IMG/VR virus record: IMGVR_UViG_3300002460_000021
Span: 34,682 to 98,681 of that record
Source of the DNA: a virus
DNA length: 64,000 bases
Direction: 5' to 3' (one strand)
Shown here piece after piece: positions 18,632 through 27,792 of this stretch; the first letter of the stretch is position 1; each line of letters begins with the position of its first letter. The notes under the pieces were generated by a model. It was given only the letters and a program-made list of their open reading frames with translations, did not search any database and had not been told where the DNA came from. Position numbers and translations under genes: made by a program.

Positions 18632-19378
18632 TTAAAGCGGCGTATTTTTAAATACTTCCATTGCCTGAGCCACAGCTTCAGACGCCGCCTGGCACGTTCG
18701 CCTACAGCGCGTGTCGCCCAAAATGTTGTCGTTATTAATTCGAGTAGTGGCGGCCTGCTCGGCAAATTTAACTCGCATGAGCTCATCAGCAGGAAGGTTA
18801 TCGCGCAAGTTAGCTTTAGCCGGCAACTGCCGCGCACTTTTAACTGTCTTGGCGTTACCGCCAAGAATAGGATAGTAAATAGCGTTAGTGCAGCCGGCAT
18901 AATCAGTCACTTCGTGTTCAGACAATGTCGATGTTAGCGTCTTACGTTCGACAATACCTTCCTCGCGACTCTCGATCCACTCGCCACTCTTGCCCAAGGC
19001 CTCGTACTTCTTGCGTCGCCTAGCGTCGTACACACCGGTCTTTCGGATGGCGGGAAGCACCTCGCCGGCAACCCAGTCCATAAATGCCGCGGCCTCTGGC
19101 TTACGAGAACGGAAAGTCAGCCTATAGACAGCGGCCTCGCGGATAATGACAACATCCTGCTGCTGGAAGCCAAGACTGCCGTGCTGGTTACTTAGGGGGG
19201 TAAGGAGTTTCCTCACCCCCCTCCAATCTGCCGGAATACCAGCCAGTGTCTTGCTGTTCCAGGTAAGCTCCAGAGCGGCGCAGACGTCCCTAGCTACAAA
19301 CCAGGGCTCGTTGTTAATCATAACGGGTGGGCGGATTTCATGGCCATTAAATTTCAGTGCCTGCATAGCTGTTGCCAT
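18632..19378 (-). CDS. Bro-N domain protein (antirepressor-like)
   Basis: FNGHEIR...NEPWFVARDVCAAL...IREAAVYRLTFRSRKPEAAAFMDWVAGEVLPAIRKTG. Confidence 0.92.
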   Translation of the reverse strand: MATAMQALKFNGHEIRPPVMINNEPWFVARDVCAALELTWNSKTLAGIPADWRGVRKLLTPLSNQHGSLGFQQQDVVIIREAAVYRLTFRSRKPEAAAFMDWVAGEVLPAIRKTGVYDARRRKKYEALGKSGEWIESREEGIVERKTLTSTLSEHEVTDYAGCTNAIYYPILGGNAKTVKSARQLPAKANLRDNLPADELMRVKFAEQAATTRINNDNILGDTRCRRTCQAASEAVAQAMEVFKNTPL

Positions 19379-19527
19379 TGGTGTTATGCCCTTTATCTAA
19401 GTTATTTAAATTGTTGAGTGGTGCAAACTAACTCTCAGACCACCACATTTAGAGTTACGTCTTAGTATGTTGCGCTGTAACATACCACGCCAAGCCGGTT
19501 TAATACCGTGTGAGTTCACTCTTCATA

Positions 19528-19866
19528 TCACTTACAATCCTTTATAATCCAGTCCACGAGCATTTCAGCCTCCGGCGTATCGGCGCTGAAGATCAGCTTA
19601 TAGACCGCCACCTTGTTAATCAAAATAGTATCCTGTGCATACGCTCGCTCAGTCACATCTTCACCGGGGCATGGAAACAGAGTACAGAATTTACGTACAC
19701 TGCGCCAACCCTCGCTAATACATGCGTTATCTAAAGATTCAATTCCTCTGTACTCGATACCAAGTATCTCGTAAATATCCTCGGCGGCAAACCACGGCGT
19801 ACTATCGATCATATAACGACGCACCGCGCTACACTTAAACTCTAATACGTCCGGCGCACGCTTCAC
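19528..19866 (-). CDS. Stand-alone divergent Bro-N domain protein
   Basis: PWFAAEDIYEILG...INKVAVYKLIFSADTPEA...DW; paralogue of the neighbouring gene. Confidence 0.8.
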   Translation of the reverse strand: MKRAPDVLEFKCSAVRRYMIDSTPWFAAEDIYEILGIEYRGIESLDNACISEGWRSVRKFCTLFPCPGEDVTERAYAQDTILINKVAVYKLIFSADTPEAEMLVDWIIKDCK

Positions 19867-19924
19867 GCTACCAGTCCTTTCTAAATCGACTCAACCCAAT
19901 TGTCAGATTACTAACTATACGCCT

Positions 19925-20263
19925 CTAGTCAAGTCTCCCATCATCCTCCCAGGCGCGAATAGCGTTGTCCTGCCACCCGATATCAGTGACCGTGGTGTCA
20001 CAAAAACCGGCAGCCATAATCTCCCCTATAGACGCACGTGTATGGCAGATGTGTCTTCCAGCGTCGTAAACTTCTCCACAGGAAGAACATACATAAATTG
20101 AATGGCTGGGAGGTTCGTCATCAGTCGTGTCTATCTCAACGTACATTGTCATCTTTGCATAACTACGTTTACTGGTACGCAACACGGCTCGCTTCCTGCG
20201 CTCAAGCTCTTCAGGCGGTAAAGGGATGTGCGTATTTTTATATGGGTAATCCGAGCCACTCAT
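19925..20263 (-). CDS. Hypothetical protein with CxxC
   Basis: 112-aa ORF coupled to the HNH gene. Confidence 0.55.
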   Translation of the reverse strand: MSGSDYPYKNTHIPLPPEELERRKRAVLRTSKRSYAKMTMYVEIDTTDDEPPSHSIYVCSSCGEVYDAGRHICHTRASIGEIMAAGFCDTTVTDIGWQDNAIRAWEDDGRLD

Positions 20264-20645
20264 AATTAATCATTCCTATTAAATGTGGGCCGGGCGAGAA
20301 AGAAACCCAGTAAGCACGATGGCCGCAGCTCGAGCAATAATGGTGCCCTATTTGCCATAACGTCGTAACGGCGGAAACCGGGCTAATCTTATGGCAATTA
20401 CACAGCGGGCAGACTAAATCGCGCTCACACTGCCGCGCACGCTTCTGGTTACAGGCGTAACAAGCTAGCACGGCACTGCGCCACTGGCCGCCTCTAGATA
20501 AAGGCGGCTCGTGATCAATGGTTGCCGAGCTGAAAGTCAAATCACAGCCGCACCAATAACACGGCACGACTTTAACCGCGCCAAATGTCTTAAACCAAAT
20601 ACCGTTCTTTAATCCTCGGCGTCTTTTACAAGATGGTCTAGGCAT
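20238..20645 (-). CDS. HNH endonuclease-like protein with extra zinc ribbon
   Basis: CYWC...TIDH.PPLSRGG...VLACYACN; C-terminal CPLC...CSSC. Confidence 0.85.
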   Translation of the reverse strand: MPRPSCKRRRGLKNGIWFKTFGAVKVVPCYWCGCDLTFSSATIDHEPPLSRGGQWRSAVLACYACNQKRARQCERDLVCPLCNCHKISPVSAVTTLWQIGHHYCSSCGHRAYWVSFSPGPHLIGMINYEWLGLPI

Positions 20646-20660
20646 GACACAATCCTCAAA

Positions 20661-21494
20661 TCATACGTCGTCAAGAGCGTAGCGCGGCAATGAGCGCATA
20701 AGACCGTAAGTAGCCGAGGCGCGTATTCCCTGCCGCGCCTTGACGAGTCTCATAAATTTAGACGGCCTACAAGTCATTAGATGCCGCGGATACCTCATAA
20801 CACGCCCAACAAACCACGCCAGTTTCCACGGACAAAACTCAATATCCGGATATTCCCTGGTTATGAATACATCACCAAACCAGTGTGGTAGTTTTACGTC
20901 GCGGCCTAGCAGCATAAGGCCCACGCGCCTTACCGACCATGCGCTCTTATTAACTGGCTCAGCAACTAGCTGCAAATAGCCGGCAGCCGGTTGCAGCGCA
21001 GATGTGCGACAGTGCCACCTTTTTCTATCAGATTTAAGCATTTGCTTCAATGAAAGCCGCGCGTTACAGACGGAATCATGCAGCGAAGTCCTAAACCCAT
21101 ACAGCGTCAATGGTTCTATGGAAGTAGCGTCTGACAATATATTAGAAAATCCACGGTAAACACGAACGACTTCCCGCCCATAACACCACGGACACACCGT
21201 AGTCTGATGACACCATCTCTTGTGGTGAGTCGATACGAGACCAATTGGGTTGCAGTAAGAGCAAGGATAGACGCCAAGTTTCCCAGTAATGGCCTGCCAC
21301 TCCGAGTCGTATAACGTTGAAATACGCGTGCGCCACATTTTATGGACAATTCCCGTTAGTCGTTCGTGCTCGTGCCGCGCAGCCGGATCACTAGGCCACG
21401 GCACTTTTCCAGCCAGTGGCAGCAAGACCGCAAATCTGGCAGCCATGATCTCAGGCGTACAGAACAATCGGTTGATGATCAGGGGCTTAGACAT
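20661..21494 (-). CDS. Possible degenerate rolling-circle Rep (Rep_1/HUH-like) protein
   Basis: C....CPWC zinc motif; E....W segment lacking HxH; RYP; GIR..TYGLMR, in the order of pC194-type Rep motifs. Confidence 0.4.
   Translation of the reverse strand: MSKPLIINRLFCTPEIMAARFAVLLPLAGKVPWPSDPAARHEHERLTGIVHKMWRTRISTLYDSEWQAITGKLGVYPCSYCNPIGLVSTHHKRWCHQTTVCPWCYGREVVRVYRGFSNILSDATSIEPLTLYGFRTSLHDSVCNARLSLKQMLKSDRKRWHCRTSALQPAAGYLQLVAEPVNKSAWSVRRVGLMLLGRDVKLPHWFGDVFITREYPDIEFCPWKLAWFVGRVMRYPRHLMTCRPSKFMRLVKARQGIRASATYGLMRSLPRYALDDV
20841..20854. repeat. AATATCCGGATATT palindrome, copy 4 (intragenic, encodes YPDI)
   Basis: Exact match. Confidence 0.97.
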
Positions 21495-21499
21495 GACAA

Positions 21500-22390
21500 A
21501 TTCCTCGGGGCTAACGCAATAATAGCCGGCATAAGCAGAAAATCAAGCAAAACTTGGTGACCGTACTGCTAGATTACCTAAACTACCCAAACTACCTAAG
21601 CACAACTCTAGGTAATCTGGGTAAGATGGAAACTAGTGAAATATCAAAGACAAAGCGGATACGGTCGGTTTTTATTGGCGTAGGCGGCGAAGCCTCCAAA
21701 AGTGCAAATCTGCTGTAAAAATAGGCAAATACTGCGTATGTATAGTTTTGTATATTTTCAAAATTTTAGTGCTCATTTTTAGCAAAAAAGCCGACGTAAC
21801 ACATCTGACGATTGTTTCCATACGTCCTACCAAAAGCGCTCAAAATTAGGCCCAAAATCAAGAATAGTCACTTTCTGCCATAACAATATAGTCATACACA
21901 AGTTATGGCAAAACATCGAGTAGCATACTTGAGATGTAGCTATTGATGTAACTCCTTATTAAATAAGTAGTTATATAAACCGACCAAATTGTACTAGCAG
22001 TTATTACCTAACTATAATTCTATATAGTTTGCGGTGCGCCGGAAGACGCGCACCTGAAGGCAAACTATATAGAATTATCCCTACGGGCATCTTCAGTTCG
22101 TTAGTCCCCTGTCAGTACCCGGCCTAACTTCACTTCGATGCCCGTGCGGGGTGGTAAGATTAAAAACACAAAACACCACTCTCAAAATAACAACGCCAGC
22201 TACCGAATATCGGTAACCGGCGTAATGGCATGTCCTCGTTATTAACACTATCCGTTTATTTAAATCAGGCTCGCTTAAAATAAACTTAAAACTAAAAAGT
22301 GATCTGAGCCTCGTCTATGCTCTTTAGAGGCCGGCTAATGCTAAATGGAGCGTTCGACCAGCAGCTCGTAATGAGAGGTATTATTTAGGT
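21500..22390. other. AT-rich non-coding region with multiple inverted repeats (candidate replication origin or structured RNA)
   Basis: No ORF of 60 aa or more across most of it. 19-bp perfect IR at 22014-22032/22060-22078; further stems near 21569-21620, 21877-21910, 22079-22150 and 22193-22223; phased CAAAA tracts at 21831, 21841 and 21853. Confidence 0.55.
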
Positions 22391-22620
22391 TAGCGCCTAC
22401 AACCGCTCAATCGGGATACTTTTCTAGGTGTTGAGCCACTATTACGTCTCAGTTCAGATATGCTGCAGTAGTGCGGTCGTTGTAAAGCTCTTGAATAGGA
22501 AAACGCTGTAGCCGTAATACTTCCAGCCGCGATACTTGTAGCTCGATAACCAGATCATAAGCTGCGGTAGGGCCAGCAATATATCGCGGAAATCACAAAT
22601 AAAATTTTAGCACCTGCTTT

Positions 22621-22836
22621 CTACTTTCTACTTAGACCTACGACACGCTTACCGTGGCTAGCGCGCGACCAAGAACGATACCATTTCATCAAGTGGGATT
22701 TTGCCCCAGATAAGGCGCACTGCTTGTGGCTCGTACCACGGCTACAAAAAGAAACGCTGTATTTAAAAGACTGTGGGAGTGGGCCGGATCTAGAAAACGA
22801 AGTCTGTTTATACACTAGTTTATTCAATAGCATCAT
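22621..22836 (-). CDS. Ser/Arg-rich microprotein (member 6)
   Basis: SFSRSG..YSVS...WYRSWSR; start overlaps the upstream stop (TAATG). Confidence 0.65.
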   Translation of the reverse strand: MMLLNKLVYKQTSFSRSGPLPQSFKYSVSFCSRGTSHKQCALSGAKSHLMKWYRSWSRASHGKRVVGLSRK

Positions 22837-23045
22837 TAGACTCGTCGGTTGGACGTAGTAGATCTAACAGCGGCACCGCGTCTAGTTTTTGTCCACGACC
22901 TATACCAGTTCGTAGTGCTTGACTGTGCTACGGAGCATTGCCGGGCAAACATTCTGATGGTTCGGCTACCAGAGATAGTAGTATTATGATAACAATATTT
23001 AGATTTAGGCCAGTTATGTGTGTGCACCGCATGAGGTAATAGCAT
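22836..23045 (-). CDS. Ser/Arg-rich microprotein (member 7)
   Basis: TISGS...WYRSWTK...GAAVRST. Confidence 0.65.
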   Translation of the reverse strand: MLLPHAVHTHNWPKSKYCYHNTTISGSRTIRMFARQCSVAQSSTTNWYRSWTKTRRGAAVRSTTSNRRV

Positions 23046-23273
23046 TTAGCGCTCCAGTCTACACATCCTTATCGAGGTAGATCTAACAGCCGGGCCATAG
23101 CTGGACTTTGTCCATGGCTTATACTTACCCGTAGTCCTAGTACGTGAGATAGATCTTATTCTGCTACCGGGCCTGTCCCAATGTAAGCTATAGGATTCAA
23201 TAGCCACCCGACATACCGACGATGACCGGCAACAAGACCGACGCTCACTGTACAACGAGGTATACATCAGCAT
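23046..23273 (-). CDS. Ser/Arg-rich microprotein (member 8)
   Basis: SYS...YKPWTK...GPAVRST; shares GTAGATCTAACAGC (plus strand) with member 7. Confidence 0.65.
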   Translation of the reverse strand: MLMYTSLYSERRSCCRSSSVCRVAIESYSLHWDRPGSRIRSISRTRTTGKYKPWTKSSYGPAVRSTSIRMCRLER

Positions 23274-23296
23274 GACTGACCTTTTCTCCTGCAGTC

Positions 23297-23310
23297 AATA
23301 TCCGGATATT
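23297..23310. repeat. AATATCCGGATATT palindrome, copy 5
   Basis: Exact match, intergenic within the microprotein array. Confidence 0.97.
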
Positions 23311-23322
23311 GCCACTAGCAGC

Positions 23323-23553
23323 TTACTTTCGCGGGCTTGACTGAGATTTAACGTAACAAGCATTTGCTGCTCTTGAACTTGAATAAGATGCACTTTTAAA
23401 TATGTTAGAACCTGTCACTCTACGTCTCAGGGCAGTAAGGGTAGAGCCATATAATGAACTACTGCGTCCGCTATAAGAGCCTACATACCTCTCTCGGCCA
23501 CAAGATGTAGACCTTCTATTGTCACATAGCAAACTACTTAACAACTTTAACAT
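23323..23553 (-). CDS. Ser/Arg-rich microprotein (member 9)
   Basis: RSTS..GSYSG...FKSAS; 76 aa. Confidence 0.6.
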   Translation of the reverse strand: MLKLLSSLLCDNRRSTSCGRERYVGSYSGRSSSLYGSTLTALRRRVTGSNIFKSASYSSSRAANACYVKSQSSPRK

Positions 23554-23557
23554 ACTG

Positions 23558-23932
23558 TCACTCTTCTCTTGCCTCTTCTACATTGCCAGATTTCACCGGC
23601 TTGTTGCCGCGCACCAGCCCACTGTCTAGCTGCTTCTTGGGCCCATCGTAATCAAAATGTGTTAGTGTATCTAAACAACACGGTATACCGAGGTCTGTAG
23701 CAAATTTAAGAGCCGCGGCAGCTAACCTAATAGCTGCCGCGGCTCCGTAGATCTCCGCACTTTCACCTTTCCTTAGACTAAGGCACATATCTTGCCAGTA
23801 ACTATTTAAAGTTATCATGGCGTCTCGCGGACAAACGAACTCTACCGGCTCGCCGCTTTGCGTGCGCTGGTAGTCCAGCTGGCTGATGTGCTTGTGCGCG
23901 GTACGTGTAGCGCGAGCTAGGTCTAAGGCCAT
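23558..23932 (-). CDS. Hypothetical helical protein
   Basis: 124-aa ORF with an AAGGA RBS. Confidence 0.6.
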   Translation of the reverse strand: MALDLARATRTAHKHISQLDYQRTQSGEPVEFVCPRDAMITLNSYWQDMCLSLRKGESAEIYGAAAAIRLAAAALKFATDLGIPCCLDTLTHFDYDGPKKQLDSGLVRGNKPVKSGNVEEAREE

Positions 23933-24045
23933 AGGATATCATCCTTAACAGAAGAATGTAACGGTGTACGCCATTACTTCTGTTGTACCTTATATTTACA
24001 ATCAGTCAAGTTAAATTAAGGCCGAGGATGAGTAATTTGCTCAAC

Positions 24046-24324
24046 TTAGTGATGTTGCTTCTGGAATGACATGCCGGTCTTAGGTATGTGCCTGTTTAAC
24101 AATTCACTGACGGCGTCGTTGCCGCCGCGGCTCATGAGGCGTTCTCTGCCGTAGATCTTCCACGGATAGACAGCGTAGGTGTATGTCTTGACTAGCAAGT
24201 CTGTGATGACTATTTCAAAGTCGGTACGGCAGCCGTTGCAGCGACTTGAGCACAAATCTGGTTCGTTTGTCGCGTTAATCTCGAGTGACGCATTACAGAG
24301 CGGACAGTTAAACGCTAGGGTCAT
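24046..24324 (-). CDS. Zinc-ribbon protein
   Basis: CPLC...CNGC; GGAG RBS. Confidence 0.6.
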   Translation of the reverse strand: MTLAFNCPLCNASLEINATNEPDLCSSRCNGCRTDFEIVITDLLVKTYTYAVYPWKIYGRERLMSRGGNDAVSELLNRHIPKTGMSFQKQHH

Positions 24325-24326
24325 TG

Positions 24327-24596
24327 CTACTCCGGTACATCTTCTAGAAGGGGAAAGAAGTACAACTTGCGCAATATTTTACAGATACTCGTCCAGTTGT
24401 GAGGCGCTTCCAGATCATATGTCGGATCTAGTTTATGCGCCTGTTGCTCGTACGCGTACTCGCGGCAATCCTGGCATATCATAGCGGTGCGCTCAGTGTA
24501 CGCAGCGCCTGCGTCGTCTTGTTTAACGCAATAGCGCGTTGGCATGTCCACACCGCAACCAAAGCACGGTTCGTCCGTCCAGGTTATCTGGCTCAC
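24327..24596 (-). CDS. Small CxxC-CxxC protein
   Basis: CFGC...CQDC; coupled to the upstream gene. Confidence 0.6.
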   Translation of the reverse strand: MSQITWTDEPCFGCGVDMPTRYCVKQDDAGAAYTERTAMICQDCREYAYEQQAHKLDPTYDLEAPHNWTSICKILRKLYFFPLLEDVPE

Positions 24597-25045
24597 TTCG
24601 GCTTCTTCCTCCTGGCCTTAGCCTCTTCAGCCCGCAGCTGTTCGAGGCTGCGCATACCTTCAGGTATCTTGAAGGATTTAACAATACGCTCTTTCTTGCG
24701 GCGCATCGGCTTGTCACCGGCCTTTACCGCAACCTTAAGCATCCATGGTTCAACAGCGATACACCTCAACCAGTCCTTAATCGTCGGGATGCGTCCGCAG
24801 TCTTCCATGACATGCTGCTCGCCAATAAATCGTACTGGTACGAGCTTGCCGTCAGAATTTTTAATGGTAACTCCAAACACACGTTCGCACTCAAATATAC
24901 CTTCGGCGTGATGACGCATTGCTCGGTGACGTATGTCCGGCATGTGTTCTTTAGAGGCGTCAAACCAGTTATGAACTGGCATATAGTCAGAAACACAACC
25001 GCCCCAGCGCTGAACGGAAGATAGGCTATGATGATACGGATGCAT
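24593..25045 (-). CDS. DUF6915-like His-rich protein
   Basis: MHPYHHS.SS..RWGG..DY..VHNWFD.SK...RHRAMRHHAEG...PVRFIGEQHVMEDCGRIPT. Confidence 0.8.
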   Translation of the reverse strand: MHPYHHSLSSVQRWGGCVSDYMPVHNWFDASKEHMPDIRHRAMRHHAEGIFECERVFGVTIKNSDGKLVPVRFIGEQHVMEDCGRIPTIKDWLRCIAVEPWMLKVAVKAGDKPMRRKKERIVKSFKIPEGMRSLEQLRAEEAKARRKKPK

Positions 25046-25056
25046 CTTACTCCTGT

Positions 25057-25755
25057 TTAAAAATAATAGTTTTCGCCTGACGCGGCTGAGCTAATGCAGT
25101 TGGCTTTATGGTTTATTGTTAACTGCGCCGCTTTGTCAGTTAACGAGAGTACAACCTCACCACTACTGCCCTCGCCATCCTGCCACCCGTCAGGCAATAA
25201 CTCGTAAATCAAATTCTCGATTGCTTTGACCAACGTTAAGCACAAGTCTGTAGTTGGCTCAGCGTATATATCTTCGATAGTGCCGTCGTCCCCACAGCCA
25301 TGGTAGGACGCCATTACAGATTCAACTTTTAGCTTTCGCAACTCTGTTAGTGTGTTGTTATAGTTGGCACCATCTAGCGTCGCCTGGTATGTTTCTGCAT
25401 CGTCTTGATCCGTGTAATTCTCGTTATGTGCTAGGCTGGCCGTACGTTCGCTGATATCGAACGTTATGGTGCCAAATCCACCTTCGTTGTTCTCAAAACC
25501 CGCCGGCATTATTTCATAGGCCGCGTTTTCGACGATGTCGTTTATTCTTTTTGGCACGCGCACCGCGGGCTCATACACTACGTCTTCAATACCGCCGGAA
25601 TCGCCGTATCCTTCATACTTAATAATTACATTCGTTACTCCGTGATCTTCTAACCAATTGCACGCAGAACCTAGTTCATTTAGAATCCTATCCCTCTTAA
25701 TAGCCTGATCCTTTAGATACTTGGAGTACCAATCCTCTACAGATGCTTTTGCCAT
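25057..25755 (-). CDS. DUF6878-like acidic protein with tandem-duplicated domain
   Basis: Two copies of Y.G.GD.G.IED...P.G.....G..G. Confidence 0.75.
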   Translation of the reverse strand: MAKASVEDWYSKYLKDQAIKRDRILNELGSACNWLEDHGVTNVIIKYEGYGDSGGIEDVVYEPAVRVPKRINDIVENAAYEIMPAGFENNEGGFGTITFDISERTASLAHNENYTDQDDAETYQATLDGANYNNTLTELRKLKVESVMASYHGCGDDGTIEDIYAEPTTDLCLTLVKAIENLIYELLPDGWQDGEGSSGEVVLSLTDKAAQLTINHKANCISSAASGENYYF

Positions 25756-25773
25756 TTAGCGCCCCGTTATGAA

Positions 25774-25806
25774 CAGGGCCCGGCGTAGCAGCTACGCCGG
25801 GCCCTG
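25774..25806 (-). terminator. GC-rich hairpin (probable terminator or mRNA stabiliser)
   Basis: 16-bp IR CAGGGCCCGGCGTAGC/GCTACGCCGGGCCCTG; weak U tail. Confidence 0.65.
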
Positions 25807-25831
25807 CAACGCCCACCATTAATTCAAAACA

Positions 25832-26056
25832 TTATCCTTGGCTTTCGCGCTGCATCTGCGCCGCGGCGTGCATACGCGACGCCTGCACCCAGTTCCACAG
25901 TTGATCGTACGTGGCGGTGTATTTCTGATGCGATCCCTTGGTCCAGATCTCTAGAACTTTCCCGCCTTCTTTAAGCTTAATCAGCAGGTTCTTGCCGGTA
26001 CGTCCGTCGACCGCCGCCGTTTCACGCGCAACGCTTCTCGTCAATGCCGTAGCCAT
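25832..26056 (-). CDS. Hypothetical protein
   Basis: 74 aa, good RBS, coupled start. Confidence 0.65.
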   Translation of the reverse strand: MATALTRSVARETAAVDGRTGKNLLIKLKEGGKVLEIWTKGSHQKYTATYDQLWNWVQASRMHAAAQMQRESQG

Positions 26057-26373
26057 TACCTTTCCTCCGGGCCATACACTTCGTGCTCAAAATCTTTCAA
26101 ACCATACAGGCAAAGCTGAACATTTTGGAAAACGCCCGGGCCGGCGTCCTGTAAGTTCCAGACAACTAGCGAATACGCAGATTTGTTACTATTAAGCGGT
26201 TTGTTCTTCGCCCTAATAAGGGCCTGTCGTACTTTTTCCGGCGTCATGTCATGCTGGGCGTCGCCGCTGAGTCCGCTAATTTTAACAGTGCGTTTTTCCC
26301 AATTAATCTCTAGCAAACCTACAGCACATTCGTCGAGAGCCTTATCAATGCACTGCTGACCTTTACTCATCAT
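26056..26373 (-). CDS. Hypothetical protein
   Basis: 105 aa, translationally coupled on both sides. Confidence 0.6.
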   Translation of the reverse strand: MMSKGQQCIDKALDECAVGLLEINWEKRTVKISGLSGDAQHDMTPEKVRQALIRAKNKPLNSNKSAYSLVVWNLQDAGPGVFQNVQLCLYGLKDFEHEVYGPEER

Positions 26374-27092
26374 TACACCAGGGTTAGAGATAAGCGACGG
26401 CCGGTCTCAAATGTACGCGGCGCTGTAAAACAATACTGACAGCGTGAACATGTGACTTTAGTTTGTCGCGGGATCGCTTGTTCGTACGGACATACCAGGC
26501 TTCCGCCGGGGGTAAACCGCATGGGCGTTGCCTCCTTTTCACGGAAGACAAGATCGACCGGAAAGTCCGGTTGATCTGTGTCGTCAACGCTGAGGTAGGC
26601 TACGCGCACGCGTCTGGCCCGGGGCGGGCGGCCGGTATCGCGATCCGCTGAAAACCAAAGACGCACGTTGGGTTCGCGGCCCAGTTCCCGCAATAGCGGT
26701 AAGAGACCGGGTACGCGGTAGCTTCGAGTATAGGCATAGATAGTCACGTGGGGGCTGGCTCGTGCTATCTGTAGCCACTTCTTGATATATCGTTTGCTGA
26801 AGAAGTCGCCGGCGCAGTGTATCCGCAAGATACGGACACGTCGTTTAGCCAATTCCTGTAACATGCGCGGCACGAACGTACGTTTTCTGGTTCGTTCTAA
26901 GTTACGCTTTTGTTTATCTAGTACCCAGCTGGTTTTAAAGCGACCGCGTAGCGCGTAACAGATACTAGAGCAAAGTGGCGTAGCACCAGGACAAGTATGA
27001 AGGGCTGGGATACTAAAAGACCATATTCTACTACCTAGCTTACTATTCCCTTTTGTCAGCATCGCTAATTCCTTTTCGCGTTTTACTTTCAA
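26373..27092 (-). CDS. GP88-like (radical-SAM-related) phage protein
   Basis: GNSKLG..IWSFSIPA..TCPGAT..C...CYA, RIH.AGDF, YAYTRS, C-terminal CP..Q...TC..C..C. Confidence 0.8.
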   Translation of the reverse strand: MKVKREKELAMLTKGNSKLGSRIWSFSIPALHTCPGATPLCSSICYALRGRFKTSWVLDKQKRNLERTRKRTFVPRMLQELAKRRVRILRIHCAGDFFSKRYIKKWLQIARASPHVTIYAYTRSYRVPGLLPLLRELGREPNVRLWFSADRDTGRPPRARRVRVAYLSVDDTDQPDFPVDLVFREKEATPMRFTPGGSLVCPYEQAIPRQTKVTCSRCQYCFTAPRTFETGRRLSLTLV

Positions 27093-27240
27093 TTACTGTA
27101 TCGTTGATTGCTAGTGCCGCTAAATTATTTAATTCTGTGTCTGACAATGTTGCCAGATAAGTAGTTACAAGCGTGTGTAACCTGATATGTTCACGTACAT
27201 AATCGTAGGCGCAGCGGTATTTGTAGTGCTGATTATCCAA
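27043..27240 (-). CDS. Hypothetical protein
   Basis: Probable TTG start at 27240 after AAGGAG. Confidence 0.5.
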   Translation of the reverse strand: MDNQHYKYRCAYDYVREHIRLHTLVTTYLATLSDTELNNLAALAINDTVIESKTRKGISDADKRE

Positions 27241-27490
27241 CTTTAACCGCTCCTTCTCTGGGTAACACGGAGGCGTGATCCAGGCGCACTGGCTCACAGC
27301 AGTGAAGTAGTTTCACACGATAGTTACCTTCTCGTAGAACAACGCCCCAGGCGTCGGGATGCAGGTTGCCCTGAATGGCCGCACGTACTATCGGACGCAA
27401 GTTCATCTCGTTAGGGTGGCCAGACGGCACGCTGTCTTCAGAGCCAGCGCCGCCAATAATCTCAACGTCTATGGATATTCTAAAAACCAT
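27233..27490 (-). CDS. Hypothetical protein
   Basis: 85-aa ORF in the operon. Confidence 0.5.
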   Translation of the reverse strand: MVFRISIDVEIIGGAGSEDSVPSGHPNEMNLRPIVRAAIQGNLHPDAWGVVLREGNYRVKLLHCCEPVRLDHASVLPREGAVKVG

Positions 27491-27511
27491 GCTATGACCC
27501 CCAGATCAATA

Positions 27512-27784
27512 TTAAACTGGTGTTGTGGGCGTGTTGGTAGTTGCTGGTAGTTTGTCGGCCACGTTAATTAACATTTTACCGATTTGTACAATCACACCAC
27601 GTTGCGCGGCAGGAGACTTCTCCCTGCCGCATATCATGCCGGCAGGGAAGTCATTTTGACCGACCTCCCAGTCAGTCACTAGCACTAAGCTGCGCACTTC
27701 TGGACACGTTTCCATATTGGATAGCGCCCACTCTCTAAAACTATCTAGCAACTTCTCATAGCATACTGGCGCATGTTCGCTCAT
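27512..27784 (-). CDS. Hypothetical protein
   Basis: 90 aa with a GGAG RBS. Confidence 0.6.
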   Translation of the reverse strand: MSEHAPVCYEKLLDSFREWALSNMETCPEVRSLVLVTDWEVGQNDFPAGMICGREKSPAAQRGVIVQIGKMLINVADKLPATTNTPTTPV

Positions 27785-27792
27785 TAAGAGGG

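Noticed and set aside
21500-22390. TIGR or CRISPR array for the IS110/Tas-like protein
   Set aside because: I found no periodic repeat-spacer units; the region has inverted repeats rather than tandem ones.
23980-24012. Sigma-70-like promoter TTGACT-N16-TACAAC on the minus strand
   Set aside because: The -10 match is weak and the spacing suboptimal, so it cannot be supported from sequence alone.
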